A stretch of DNA of 64,000 nucleotides from Pelagomonas calceolata (lineage: Eukaryota). The notes under the pieces are model-generated. The model made no database searches. It saw nothing but the letters and a program-made list of their open reading frames with translations, and was not told the DNA's origin. The translations under genes were made by a program, and so were the position numbers. The stretch is taken from assembly GCA_918797485.1 (NCBI GenBank), contig CAKKNE010000003.1, positions 5,146,001 to 5,210,000 of the forward strand, read 5' to 3'. How positions within the stretch are numbered: the first letter of the stretch is position 1; the number at the start of each line of letters is the position of its first letter. This document shows positions 1-12,100 of this stretch, piece after piece.

Positions 1-38
1 CGATGCCCCCCCCCTGCCGCCCGCGTCGCGGCCGGCAA

Positions 39-2296
39 ATGCGCCGCGCCGCGTTTAAGGCCTGCGCGATGGCCATCGTCGTCGCCGGCGCCTGCACGGC
101 GAACCTCGCGGCGACCGGTGCGCCGCTGCTGGCGCGGGTCTCCGACGGGCGGGCGCCGTCGTTGGCCGCGGCGGCGGCGAACGCGGCGGCGGGCGATGGC
201 GGGTCGCGCCGGCTCGCCGACGAGGACTGCGGGGAGAAGCGCGGGTGGGGCGTCACGGTCGGCTGCATCGTCGGCGTGCTGTACCTCTTCCTGGCCATCG
301 CGATCATCTGCGACGAGCTCTTCGTGCCGGCGCTCGAGGTCATCGCGGAGAAGTGGGAGCTCAGCGACGACGTGGCGGGCGCAACGCTCATGGCGGCCGG
401 CGGGTCGGCGCCGGAGCTCGCGACGTCGTTCGTGGGCACGTTCAAGCGGTCCGCCGTCGGCTTTGGGACCATCGTCGGCAGCGCGGTCTTCAACGTGCTC
501 TTCGTCATCGGCATGTGCGCAATCTTTACGCCTCCGGAGCTCGCGCCGCTGCAGCTGACGTGGTGGCCGCTGTTCCGCGACTGCTCCTACTACTCGATAA
601 CGCTCGTCACGCTCGGCGCTTTTTTTCGGTGGGGGGGCAAGGGCGAGATCATGTGGTGGGAGGCGCTCATCCAGTTCGTGCTCTACTTCGGCTACGTCGC
701 GCCCCGCGCGAGCATTTCACCGGTCGACCGCGTCGCGTTGGCGGGTTTGTCGTCGTCAGAGGGGCGGGGGAGAGAGAGAAAGGCGGATCGACCGAAGCAA
801 TCCGGCAGGTCTCGTTCATGGCGGTCAACGAGCGCGTCGAGCGGCACGTCAAGACGCGGTGGCTCGGCCTGGCCGCGGACGACGGCGCCGCCGCGCCCGC
901 GGGGACCGACGACACCGACGCGACGACGCGCGAGCGGGCGGAGGACGTCCGCCCCGCGTCGGACGTCGAGATGGACTCGTCGGCGGACTCGGACCGCCGC
1001 CGGCCGCGCGCGCCGTCGCGGCCGGCGAACTTTCGCGCCGGCATCGGCCGCCTCCTCATGGGCCAGTCGGCCGACTTTTTGCTCCAGACCGGCGTCGTCG
1101 CCGTGACGCAGATCGCCGGCGACGTCGACGCGACGTTCGACCAGCTGGACGCGGACCAGTCGGGCGAGCTCGACCTCGACGAGCTCGGCACGCTCCTGGG
1201 CCTGCTCGGCGACGGCGAGGCCGTCGACCCCCAGCGCGTCGACGCGCTGCGCGCCGAGATCGACGGCGACGGCACGGGCACGGTCCGCCGCGACGCGTTC
1301 CGCGTCTGGTACCTCGCGTCGGAGCAGCGCCTGCGCGCCGAGGCGCGACGCCTCTTCGACGAGTTCGACACGGACCGGTCGGGCGACGTCGACCTGGCCG
1401 AGTGCGAGGCGGTGCTGGCGGCGCTCGAGGCGCGCTGGGGCGTCCACGCGCGCTGCGGCTCCGCCGTCGAGCTCCTCGCGCAGATCGCCGGGCCGGGCGC
1501 CGACCGCGCGACGTTCGACGCGTTCCACGCCTGGTACCAGACGTCGATTTTCTACGAGCGCGCGCAGGCCGAGGCCGAGCTCCAGGCCGAGGCCACCAAG
1601 TCCATGTGGCGGACGACGGTCGAGAACGTGCGCGGGTTCGGCGACCTGGATGCGCGCGAGCGCGTCGTGGTCCTGGTGTGTCTGCCGCTCAACGCGGTCC
1701 TGGGCGCGACGGTGCCCGACTGCACCGTGCCGGGCAACGAGAAGTGGTGCTACGCGACGTTCCTCGTCTCGATCGCGTGGATCGGCGCGTTCGCGTGGCT
1801 CATGGTCGAGGGCATCGAGATCATCGGCCGGCAGATCGGCGTGCCCGTGTTCATCATGGCGCTCACGTTCCTCGCGGCCGGCACGCGCGCGCCCGCGCCC
1901 CGGACGCCGCTCTGCGTCGGAGTCGACCTTCGGTCCGCGCGCAGGTCCGTGCCCGATTTACTGTCGTCGGTCGTCGTCGCCAGGCAGGGCAAGGGCGACA
2001 TGGCCGTCTCGTCGTCCATCGGCTCGAACATCTTCGACGTCGCCGTCGGCCTGCCGCTGCCCTGGCTCTGCTACACGATATATTTCCGCGAGCCCGTAAA
2101 GGTGGCGCAGGCCAGCGCCGTTTTCATTTCCGTCGGCATCCTGCTGTTCATGGTGCTCGCGGTCATCTTCTCGATCATGGCGTCGGGCTGGAAGATGTCC
2201 CGCGCGCTCGGCGTCGGGATGTTCGGCCTCTACCTCGTATACGTCGGCCAGGAGATCCTCCGCGCGGCGCTCGCAAATAGGTTCGGCGGGTGCTAG
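39..2296 (+). CDS. K+-dependent Na+/Ca2+ exchanger (NCKX/SLC24 family) with EF-hands; introns 696-808 (GT-AG) and 1885-1944 (GC-AG)
   Basis: Alpha-1 repeat DVAGATLMAAGGSAPELATS...GTIVGSAVFN. Alpha-2 repeat TFLAAGT|SVPDLLSS...GDMAVSSSIGSNIFD is restored by removing 1885-1944. Intron 696-808 joins YFGY to VSFMAVN across frames. EF-hand loops DADQSGELDLDE and DTDRSGDVDLAE. Start could be ATG 3 or 39. Confidence 0.93.
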
Positions 2297-2939
2297 CGAG
2301 CGCGAGCAACTTCACCCCATATATATTAGCGATAGCTAGCTAGTTCTTTTCCCCCAGAGGACCATCCCCGGGTATCTGGAACTTGAACAGAAGAGGAGTA
2401 TCTAAGGAGTGAAGGAGTATCAAGCTGCTTCCCTGTCGCCGAACACCGTGACGGTGACCTAGTCAGGTACTATTCGACAAGTAGAAATTCGGAATTTGTT
2501 ATTTTGCATTTTCGGAAACGGCATTCCCGGGGGATACCATACGCACAAAAATCGGATGGGATAGAAAACATAAAAACTCCCTGAGATTGAAATATTCAAG
2601 TTTCAAGTTTTCGATTTTTAAGTATCTCAGGCTCGTTTGGTAGGATTCGATTGCAAGAATATTCACCAAGTATCGACTTTAACAAGAAATATAGAAATTA
2701 GGTGTCATGGTAGAGATGTATAGTCTATATAATTCTTTTATAATTTAGTATATACGTGGGTCATGAATAGTACCAGTCTATAGTGACAAATTGTCAGCCG
2801 ACGCGGCTTTGGCGCCGCTTTATGCCCTAGCTGGAGTGTCGCCCTTGGGAAGCCAGGGGGCGCAGGGCAAAGACCACTAAGCGGCTGTGAGATGTGGACA
2901 GGTCTTCGCGAGCGTCCTCCGTTATCAACTTCAAAATCA

Positions 2940-4136
2940 TTATTTGATTTGCGTATTTCGCTCAGAACTCAAAGTAGGATGGGGAGGTAGAGATACATGA
3001 GCGTCGCCGCGGAGAACGGCCGCGACGAGGCGCTCGGCGTCGGCTTGTTCGGCGGCGGCTCGGTTGGCGACCACGCGCCGACCGAGGCGACCGCGCACCA
3101 GCGGCGACGGAGCTGGTGCGCGGCGCGCGACGGTCACGCCGACGCCGTCGGGTGCGAGGCGCCGGCGGAGACGCGCCGCGAAGGTCTCGGTAAACGCGTC
3201 CGCCGCCGCGAGCACGGCGGCGTCCTCGGACGCGTCGCCACCGCCGCCGACGACGAAGCCAAATCGACCGCGCCGCCGCGCCGCCATGGCGTCGCCGAAA
3301 CGCCGCGCGAGCTGCGCCGCCGTTCCGCATCGCGCCTCGAGGGCTGCCGCGACGCCGTCGCCCGGCAGGCCGTCGGGCGGTGGCTCGGCGGCATCGATGG
3401 CCGGCGGCGATGTGCCCTCGCCGGTCCCCGCGGGGGCGGTCGCGGATGGCGCGTGGACGAAGACGTCGAGCCGCGCCGACACGTTGGCGCGCGCGAGCTG
3501 TTCGTCCAACGAGCGCACCACGGCCGCGGCGTTGCGACCCAGACCCGGCGCGACCGCCGGCACGCACACTGCGCCGTGGTTCTGCCGCAAGCGCCGGGCG
3601 ACCGCGCGCGCCGCGCCGTCACGCTCCGCGACGACTACGACGCCGTAGCCCCGCGCGGCGAGCGCTTCCGCCGCGGCCGCGCCGAGCGGTGCCTCGCAGC
3701 CGGTGACGAGCGCGTACCGCGGCTCGTCCAGCGGCGTCGCGCGTCGTTCGAGGCTCGCTTCCCGCGCGGCGGCCGCGGCGGCCGCGGCGAGGCCGGCTCC
3801 CGCCGCCGCGCGGACGCAGGCGCGCTGAGCAGGCGCCGGCAGGACCGCCGCTGCTGCGACGGCGGCGGTTCGCGGAGTCACGTGGACGCGGAACCGCTCG
3901 AGACACAGCTGCGAGAAGGTGTAGAGCACCGCGGCCTGGGGGCGGGCGGCCCGGACGGCGGAGAGCAGTGGCGACCGCCGGTAAGTCGCGCGCGCCGCAG
4001 CAAACAACGGACTCCAGGGCCTCGGCGCGCGCGAGTTTTTGATTTTTTTGGGCAGGGGCCCCTTCCTCCCCTGACCTGCGACAGCGGCATCGGAGGACAC
4101 AGCCAGCAGCGCGAAGACCCAGCGCCGTGGCGTCAT
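2940..4136 (-). CDS. Short-chain dehydrogenase/reductase-like protein with N-terminal signal-like segment
   Basis: YALVTGCEAPLGAAAAEALAARGYGVVVVA Rossmann-like start, LDVFVH, ...LAPDGVGVTV. Catalytic YxxxK not evident. A short intron near 3936-3995 is possible. Confidence 0.65.
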   Translation of the reverse strand: MTPRRWVFALLAVSSDAAVAGQGRKGPLPKKIKNSRAPRPWSPLFAAARATYRRSPLLSAVRAARPQAAVLYTFSQLCLERFRVHVTPRTAAVAAAAVLPAPAQRACVRAAAGAGLAAAAAAAAREASLERRATPLDEPRYALVTGCEAPLGAAAAEALAARGYGVVVVAERDGAARAVARRLRQNHGAVCVPAVAPGLGRNAAAVVRSLDEQLARANVSARLDVFVHAPSATAPAGTGEGTSPPAIDAAEPPPDGLPGDGVAAALEARCGTAAQLARRFGDAMAARRRGRFGFVVGGGGDASEDAAVLAAADAFTETFAARLRRRLAPDGVGVTVARRAPAPSPLVRGRLGRRVVANRAAAEQADAERLVAAVLRGDAHVSLPPHPTLSSERNTQIK

Positions 4137-4251
4137 CAGTTAAAACTCAGTAGGAGAACGTTGCGTACAATAGTTTACTTTCCGGTATCAGGAGATGCAC
4201 GTTTGTGCCTTGTCCGTCCAGGTAGGAGCTTACGCTAGCGCTGCGCTTTTA

Positions 4252-4670
4252 CAGTGAGCAGGGAGCGAAAATGGGAATTCCCGGGAGTGGGAATTCCCGG
4301 GAACTCCCGGGAATTCCCGGGGTCCAATTTTTCACTCCCGGGGAGCGAGAACGTATACTGGGAGAAACAGGCAAAACCCGCCAGTTACAGTGGACGCGGC
4401 AGACGCGTAGGCATACGCGTTTTGTACTATGGGCAGGATCTGGCCAAGCAGATGACCCAGGCGCATGTCCTACGGTCCCAAGGTACCCTAGTACGCGCCG
4501 TCCCATTGGAAATGCTTACGAGCTTGTATCTGGGTTCGGGGAGGCTGCCCTGACCCGGCTCCCCCCGGATCTCCCAGATTCCCGGGAATTCCCACCGGGA
4601 GTGGGAGTTCCCGGGAGTTCCCGGGAATTCCCGACCCCTGAGATCTCGCTCCCCGGGAATTGCTCAACTA
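4252..4670. mobile_element. MITE-like element with GGGAATTCCCGGGA subterminal repeat clusters at both ends
   Basis: Palindromic ttcccgggaa clusters at ~4272-4345 and ~4575-4660; short imperfect TIR cagtgagca / tgctcaacta. Confidence 0.55.
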
Positions 4671-4744
4671 TATGCAGCGCTTTTACTGGAATTGGCACTA
4701 CATCTGCCGCGCGGGGGGGCACTGGGGCAGCGGAAGTCGGGCCG

Positions 4745-4845
4745 CTCGTCGTGCAGGCCATTACTGAATTTCAGATGCCGAAAAACAAAACCGCAGTCAG
4801 ACGACTGCTAGGTATGGCCAACCAATACCGAAACCATATATATAG
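4745..4845 (+). mobile_element. Ty3/gypsy pol fragment (RT-RNase H junction)
   Basis: VQAITEFQMPKNKTAVRRLLGMANQYRNHI matches the gypsy AI..xP.P.....VR.FLG.ANYYR.FI motif. Confidence 0.7.
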
Positions 4846-5323
4846 ATCAGTGAAAATCGTTAAAGAATTGGTTACTGATGGATACGCGGTGATGTTGATT
4901 TCAACGGTAAATTAGCTGAAGACCCGGCTTGAGTTCCAGGAAGGGGGAGTGAGGGCAAAAACCCCTAGCACGCGTGCTGTAACGCCATAGCCCCTATCGC
5001 CGGATCTGCGCGCGCATCATCATGATTTACTCGCCTATCAGCACGCTATATCAGCCGGCATGTGCCCGGAGCTGATATTCCCCTATATCCCGTATCTTTC
5101 TGCTTATCCAAGTGGATCAAGCCCGGCGCTAAGTAGGCGCCGTAAAAACACCGGGGTGAACCTAAAGTAAGTTCACTTCACACTAACGCAGCTAGCCTGA
5201 GTACAGCGCGGCGCTACTAGCCTCTGGTACGTACTAAAACCTGAGAAGAGCTCTAGGTGTAGGTAACTATAGGATCATAGCACAATCGTAGCACAATCGC
5301 TGTATCGCGTCCAGGGGGGAAGT

Positions 5324-5532
5324 TAGAGAGAGAAACCCTCTAGCCCTTTCCTACCCTACATATGTATCTCCCACTCTCTAAATTGAGTCTACCGCAGTAT
5401 ACATTGAGGGTCTATCGACGCTACTTTGTAAACCAGTTTATAATTCAACACTCTCGTAGTGGGTTGGCGCCAGTCCTGATAGGGCAGCCAGGACCCTGCT
5501 ACTTTACATAACGCTGCGACATACTCTTGCTA
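5324..5532 (+). mobile_element. LTR-like repeat family A (TAGAGAGAG...CTTGCTA), preceded by a polypurine tract
   Basis: Similar to copies at 15132, 42304 and 56616; ccaggggggaag lies immediately 5'. Confidence 0.7.
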
Positions 5533-5602
5533 TTGTTGTGGGCCGGTTGTTGTGTTGTGGTGTAGCGCCTACCAAGCTCGACCGTAATTAAAGGTTGAAT
5601 AG

Positions 5603-6946
5603 ATGAACCGCAAAATACAGCTTGGGATCTTATCGTGTGCACTTCGCGGTTGCGCGAAGGAGAGTGCGCTAGCTGTATCGGAAAATGACCTTCTAGATCC
5701 ACGGCAAATGGCTGAGTACTGGCGACATTCGAACGCCTGCCTGACAGATGCTGGCGATACAACACGATGTGCGCGGGACGACTGGTTTGCGCTGACACCC
5801 TCTTTGACGTCGTCCAGCGTGGCAAGGTTTTCTGTTTCCCGGGTTGAGCTCGTGGTTGCATATTGTAGTGCGAGTCTCAAGGAGCTGGCGCTGGACATGG
5901 CATTGATCCAAGCAGACCCATATTTGAAGCTGAAAAGAGTTACCATATATAGCAAGTGTGGTGTCACTGTAAACGAGTTATCCGAGATGGCTCGGCAGAC
6001 TGCCACACCAGTTCGTCTGATCCACCTGTCAAACGTGGGAAGATGTGATCACACTTATGCCCATCATTTAGCGACACATTACGACAGGTTCGAAGACACG
6101 GACGTCATCGTCTTTGTCAAGGACTCGCACATTGCACACAGCAGGGGCCGCACCAAGGTTTCCTTGGCACAGCTTGTCCGCCATGCGACGGAGCATCCAG
6201 TCGGGTTTGCGTGTGGGCGATATATGTTTCCAAAGCGGCGTGGTCTACACTTCACAAATGTGGCCGTTTGGCCTGACATGATGTGGATGAAAATGACAGC
6301 ATATAAACATGCCTGGGACCAACACACGCGCCTCAGAGAAAAGGAAATCCAATCAGGTGCAAATGCTTCTGTGATGGACGACACTACTACGGTGTCTTTT
6401 GAGGCACCTGATGCAAACCTAGGTCGATGGATTCTCCGCCTGTTTGTGAGGGCTCTCAACGAGGAGGAGCTTTATGTCAAGGCCAATGCACCGCAATTTG
6501 ACCTAGCCACACTCGTACGATCTCCAGTCGCACGTGTATGCCTTGGTGGCGTCTTTGCTGCAAAGACCGTCAATGTGCGATCTATGCCCCGGGCTCTTTG
6601 GAACCAGCTAGCTCAGATCCTCAGCCGTGGTGACAACATTGAAGAGGGACATTTTGCTGAACGATCTTGGGCAATGCTCCTTTCGCCTCCGCCAACCGAA
6701 GCTGAGCAATCTCATGTTCTTTGCCACCACTTTTGGCGAGGTCGCGCGCCTCATACCCGCGGCATTGTGTCCCCGCATTGTAACTGCCTCAAGCGCTTTT
6801 CCAGAGAAATGGGAAAAGCGTCAACGAGCAGCTGCAACGCGACAAAGGTTAATGCCTTTGATCATCTCGAGGGAGGGAATCGTCTTAACGAGCTTGTTGC
6901 CCGAATCTCACAGATTGCTGCGATGTCACTATCGACTGTCCAATGA
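5603..6946 (+). CDS. DUF3431-like (putative glycan-modifying) protein, intronless and lower GC
   Basis: 447-aa ORF with LSNVGRCDHTYAHHLATHYD...IVFVK and GHFAERSWAMLL motifs typical of DUF3431. Confidence 0.7.
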   Translation: MNRKIQLGILSCALRGCAKESALAVSENDLLDPRQMAEYWRHSNACLTDAGDTTRCARDDWFALTPSLTSSSVARFSVSRVELVVAYCSASLKELALDMALIQADPYLKLKRVTIYSKCGVTVNELSEMARQTATPVRLIHLSNVGRCDHTYAHHLATHYDRFEDTDVIVFVKDSHIAHSRGRTKVSLAQLVRHATEHPVGFACGRYMFPKRRGLHFTNVAVWPDMMWMKMTAYKHAWDQHTRLREKEIQSGANASVMDDTTTVSFEAPDANLGRWILRLFVRALNEEELYVKANAPQFDLATLVRSPVARVCLGGVFAAKTVNVRSMPRALWNQLAQILSRGDNIEEGHFAERSWAMLLSPPPTEAEQSHVLCHHFWRGRAPHTRGIVSPHCNCLKRFSREMGKASTSSCNATKVNAFDHLEGGNRLNELVARISQIAAMSLSTVQ

Positions 6947-7526
6947 CCTTGCCAGCGAGTGACTGGAGCTCACGTCCTGGAGGTCACGACTCACGATCAA
7001 GACTTGGAATCTTATACATGCATGCATGCTGGTGGCCGGGACACTACCGTGGTAGTGGGGCTGAGCCGCCTAAGGCTGACGTTGCGCAGGAGAAAGGCCT
7101 TCTTTAAGAGCAGCAGCGAGCAGGCGTGGGAAGACAGTCATGGTCCATAAAAGTCGTCATGTCTATAGGTCTTTAATAAATCTTGTTGTTTCATGCGTAA
7201 AATGATGTTCCCAAATCTTCATATAATACATTGCGGACTTTTGGGCTCCGAGTCTCCAAGATATTTTCAAGTTTTTCAAGTCACGGTCACACGGTTTAAT
7301 GTGTCATTTATATATCATTTTTATGATTAGAGGTCATTGTCCTATGAGCGCAGCAAATAGGGCTCAATCGACCTCTAAAAATCTTAAACTTAATAAAAGT
7401 GGTGTAAAAACATACTCCGAGTCAACCATAACTACCGGCGTGACTAGTATGATCATCATGATCATGAGGGCCTATGGCGATACCCCCTAGAGATACCCCC
7501 ATTGCACGCATAATTATAATAAAGTC

Positions 7527-8441
7527 CTAGAGTTGTCTGGTGCCCATACTGGCCTTCAGGTACGCGTGGCGAAGCCATTCGACGAAGACGAACATGGTGA
7601 CGGTGTGGCCGCCGCAGCGGATGTAGTAGGGTGGAAACCCGTTCCAGAGCGTGAGGACGCCCCTGGACCGCGCGACGGCTAGGATCGTCTGCCCGGTCGC
7701 TCGGTAGGCAAGCGCGCCGCGCGCGTCCGGCTTCTGGAACGCCATGAGGTTCTTGGCGGTCTCGAACGGCATGGTGACGAGCGAGTAGACGAGGCCGCTC
7801 GTCATCGAGGCGCAGAAGACGTTGCCGTAGGTGCCGCGGGGCACGCCGGCGCGCTCGTCGTAAAATTGCTTCGCCTGGTCGAGCGTGCCGACCTGCGTGA
7901 CGCCCACGAGCATCGCGCGCTGGACGAACGGCGCGGACCCGCGCCAGAAGGCCGCGACGCCCTCGTCGCGCAGGATCCGCAGGGCGGCGTCGGCCGGGCC
8001 CCGGTAGTTGCGGCGCTCTGCGGCGGGCAGCGTCGCGTCGTTCGAGCTGCGGACGAGCGCGACCTCGGCGGGGCACGAGAGCAGCGCCGCGCAGGCGCCC
8101 GACGCAAGGCCGGCCGCGACGCGCTCGGCGGGGCCCACGCGGCGGCGCTCGGCGATGGCGTCGCGGAACGTCTCGAAGAGGCCGAACCGCGACGTCGCGT
8201 AGAAGACCTGCCGCAGGCAGCCGGCCCCGAGGCCGTCGTAGAACGAACGCACGCCGCGCTCGGACGCCGTCCGCGCCGCGAACGAGAGGAATCCGGTCCG
8301 CTGGTAGCCCGGCTGCGAGGCCGCCAGGTTCATGCGCACGGCGGCCGTGTTGAAGGGGTGCACGACCACCCAGCCGAAGACGCCGCCGACCCCCGCCGTC
8401 GCGAACTTGACGGCCCGCGGCACCCCGTCCGTGGATGCCAT
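7527..8441 (-). CDS. Mitochondrial carrier (2-oxoglutarate/malate or dicarboxylate carrier-like)
   Basis: 304 aa with three carrier repeats (HPFNTAAVRM, CPAEVALVR, MPFETAKNLM), LRQVFYATSRFG, and RRNYRG. Confidence 0.92.
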   Translation of the reverse strand: MASTDGVPRAVKFATAGVGGVFGWVVVHPFNTAAVRMNLAASQPGYQRTGFLSFAARTASERGVRSFYDGLGAGCLRQVFYATSRFGLFETFRDAIAERRRVGPAERVAAGLASGACAALLSCPAEVALVRSSNDATLPAAERRNYRGPADAALRILRDEGVAAFWRGSAPFVQRAMLVGVTQVGTLDQAKQFYDERAGVPRGTYGNVFCASMTSGLVYSLVTMPFETAKNLMAFQKPDARGALAYRATGQTILAVARSRGVLTLWNGFPPYYIRCGGHTVTMFVFVEWLRHAYLKASMGTRQL

Positions 8442-8824
8442 GTTTTTTGCACGTGAGGGATACTACAAGGTGGACAGGACAGGCGCCTGTGCTTGCTAGT
8501 GACTTACAGGCCGCTAGCCGCGGGATGTTGGCAAAGTAGCTTGGAGCGGGCGGACGGATAAACCATCGAACAGGCCAAGGCACGTCGCTTGCGACCGGCC
8601 GGCCTCTGTTCGGAGCGAAACCTCACACCACTTGTGTCTGGGTTCTCGGGGGGCAGGGTGAAACAACACCCTATCGCCAATCCCAATAGACACGGTGGCG
8701 AAGCGTTCGGGGTCCGTACTACCTGGGGTGGGTTCAATAAGTGGCTCTCTCTCTCCGCGGGATGGAAACGATCGAATTCCTAAACGCGCGGGAGCCCTGT
8801 AAAAAAGTCACTAGTCTCAAATTG

Positions 8825-9130
8825 ATTAATTGGAAGACCTGAAAAAAGGAACAAGCTCCTAAGAACCTTATCCCTGCTCAATCGGGATACCCAACCGGAG
8901 CTTCGAATTAGCAGTAAGACTCGGATAGCGGCACAACGGATTTTCAATCTCCGGGTAATGATTTGTCCCCCATGACCAAACGACAGCGAGAATCATCAGT
9001 CAACTGCCGTGCGAGAGGGCTTCATATCTATATTACCCAGTGTATCAACCGAAAGCCGCCGGTTTTTTAACAGACATCGCCAGTGCCCGGGCCAGTGATT
9101 GTAAACGAGTCCGAGGGTCTGTTCCGATTC
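8825..9130 (-). mobile_element. Degenerate, internally deleted 3' fragment of the LINE at 16325-17030
   Basis: ggaagacctgaaaaaaggaacaagctcctaagaacc...caacggattttcaatctcc...tcaactgccgtgc aligns with 16356-16528. Confidence 0.7.
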
Positions 9131-9171
9131 AAAAGTACGCACTTAGCGACCCCGGGACTCTCGCCTGGGCG

Positions 9172-12100
9172 CTACGGGGCCTCGTCGTCGTCGAGCTTCC
9201 CGAGGACCTTCAGGATGGGCTCCATCTCGGCCCGGAGGACGCCGGCCTCGGCGTCGCCGGCGACGGCGAGGAGCGTGGCGTACTCGTCGGTGGCCTCGAC
9301 GTGGCGTCTCCCCTTGGCGTACGCGCGCGCGAGCGCGAGCCTCGCGTGCTTTGTGAACCCGCCGAACGGCAGCGCGACGGCGCGCCGCAGCACATCGACG
9401 GCGACGGTGAGCCGGTCGACGGCGGCGAAGGCCACGCCGACGTCCGTCAGCAGGTTGCCGTCGGCGAGTCCCAGCTGCGTCGCGTGCTCGACGCACGCCG
9501 CCGCGCGGTCCACCCTCGCGTCGTCGCCGAGGTCGTACTGCTGCAGGTTCGCCAGCGCGAGGTAGCCCCAGCACGCCGCCGACGCCGGGTCGAGGACGTT
9601 GGCCTCCTCGAGCGCCGTCTCGGCGTCTTTGGGGTTGCCGTCGGCGAGGAGCGCGCGCGCCGCGCCGCGCCACGCGGCCGCGCGCGTCGCGTGCCGGTCG
9701 CACGCGGCGAGGGCGACGTCCCGCGCGTAGTCCGTCTTGCCCGTCGCGGCGCAGAGGTCCGCGACGCGCAGGAAGAGCCAGAGCGGCGGCGGGTCGGGGT
9801 GGGCCGGGTGCTGCAGGATCGCGAGCGCGCTCGCCAGCGCCGCGCCCTCGCGCTCCCCGTCGCCCCGCGCGGCGGCGGCGGCGCCGAGCGCGAGCCACGG
9901 CGCCGCCGCATCGGCGCCCGCGGCGCAGGCGCGCATCGCCGCGGCGGTCGCGCCCGGCGCGTCGCCGGCGTCGGTCGCGGCGCGCGCGTCGAGCGCCCAG
10001 CGGCGGGCGCACTCGTCCGCCGGCGTCCGCGCGGCAAAGAGGTCGCCGGCGCGCGTCGCGCACGCCGCCGCGCGCGCGTCGGCGGCCGCGTGCGCGCCCA
10101 GCGCCTTGCCGACGCAGCCCGGCAGGCCGTGGGCGTCGAGCCACTCCGCCAGGTCCAGGAGGAGCGCGGAGCGCCGCCTCGGCCCCTCCGCGTAGCCCGG
10201 CGGCGGCGCCCAGCCCGCCGTGGCGGGCGCGGCGTCGACGGCGCGTCGCGCCGCCGGCTCGAAGCGCGGGCCGGCCTCGGCGAGGACGAGCGCGCGCAGG
10301 AGCCGCGCGCGGAGGCCGACGGCGCCGCGCGCGGTGGCCGTCGCGCTCGCGAGGACGCCGGCGCTCGCCGCCGCGTCGCCGCGCTCGAGCAGCGCCGCGG
10401 CGTACAGGACCTGCGTCTCCGCGTCGCCGCTCTCGAGCTCGAGCGCGGCGCGGCACGCCGCCGCCGCGTCGGACGCCGTCGCGCCCGCGAGGCGCCTGCC
10501 GGCGCAGCGCGCCAGGGCAAACGCCTTGGCGCGCGCTGCCGCGTGCAGGACCGGCGTCAGCACCTTGGCGTCCCAGGCGCTCAGCACCTTGGCCTTGACG
10601 GCCGCGAAGGCTTCGTCGAGGAGCCGCGCGCACGCGGCCGCGTCGCCCTCGGCCTCGGCGTCGGCCGCTCGCGCCGCGAAGGTCCGGAGCGTCCGGTCCG
10701 CGTCGCGCGCCATGGTCTCGGCGAGGTCGGTCGACGGCGCGTCGGCGCCGTCGCCGTCCGGCGCGAACGGCGACGGCGTCGCCGGCGGCTCCTGCGCCGA
10801 CTCGGCGTCGCGGAAGCGGCGGTTGAGGACCGTCGTCGCGAGGCCAAGCAGGTCCTCGTAGGCCGCCGCCACGAACCGGTCGTAGGCGCCGACCTCGCGC
10901 CAGTCAGCGTTCTGGCCCGGCGCCGGCGGCGGCCTTGCGGCGCGCGCGCGCACGACGCGCTGGACGCACGGCTTGAGGCGCTCCTTGAAGGCGTGGTACG
11001 GCCCGGCCTCGGGGCCCGGCGCGCGCGGCGCGTCGGGGTCGACGCGGCCCGTGTTGAGCGCGTAGAGCCACGTCCGCTCGTCGGCGCCGTCGACCGACGC
11101 GCCGCCCGTCGGATCGCGCGCGACGACGATCCTGGCCATTTCCTCGGCGAGCTCCGCGACCACGTCGCCGACCGCGTCGCGGAATTCGTTGCGGACGTCG
11201 CGCGTCTTCGGCGCGCCCGCGACGGCGTGCGGTTCGAGCTGCGCCACGACGTCGCCGTACGGCGTCTCCGGCGGTGGCGCGGTTATTCCGCCCCGGAGCG
11301 GCGCCGACAGCGTCAAGGCGACCGCGAGCCGCGTTCCGGCGGCGTCGAGCCGCGAGGCGAGCGGCGGCGCCTCGGGCGCGGCGTCCGCGTCCGCCTCCTC
11401 GTCCGCGGCGGCGGCGTCGCCAAGGAACGCCGCGTCGTCGTCGTCGTCGTCGTCAGCAGCAGACGCGAGCTCCGCCTCAGCCGGCGCGGTCGCCGGCGCG
11501 AGGACCGGCTCGGGCGCCGGCGCGACGACGCGCGCCTCGACGACCGCCGTGACCCCCTCTGCGCCACCGTAGAATCCCGCCACGTCCAGCGTCGCCGTGG
11601 CGTCGACCGCGGGCTCCGCGGCCTCCGGCGCGGCGTCGTCCGCCGCGGGGCCGTCGTCGGCCGGCCCCGCTCCTGCGCCGCCGTCGGCGCCGGCGAGCGA
11701 CACGGCGAAGTCGAGGGTCGGCGCGTCGCCCGCCGCCGCCGCGAACGCCTCGCACGCGTCGCGCGGCAGGAACGCCGTCGCTTCGGCCCACGCCGCGCGG
11801 ACGCCGACCGGCGCGACGTCGGGCGGCTCTCCACCGGCGTCCTCGGGTTCGCCGGCGACCGCAGGGTCGTCGGCCGGAGCGGCCGGCGCCGCGTCGCGCG
11901 CGAGCGCCGCGGTCCCGAGGTCGACGGCCGGCGGCGCCGGCGCCCCGCCGGCGAGGCGCAGGGCGAAACGACACGCCGCGAGCGCGGCCTCTGACGCCGC
12001 GTCCAGCTCGCCGGCCGGCGCCCAGCCCGCCGGCGGGTTCGACAGGGACGCCCGGAGCGTCAGCACGCGAGACCCGTCGAGGTAGTCCGCGAGCTCGTCG

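Noticed and set aside
9040..11994. 984-aa plus-strand ORF and many similar Arg/Ala/Gly-rich ORFs (e.g. 36134-37645, 38897-40600, 54181-56445)
   Set aside because: Antisense or off-frame shadows of real GC-rich genes; no motifs.
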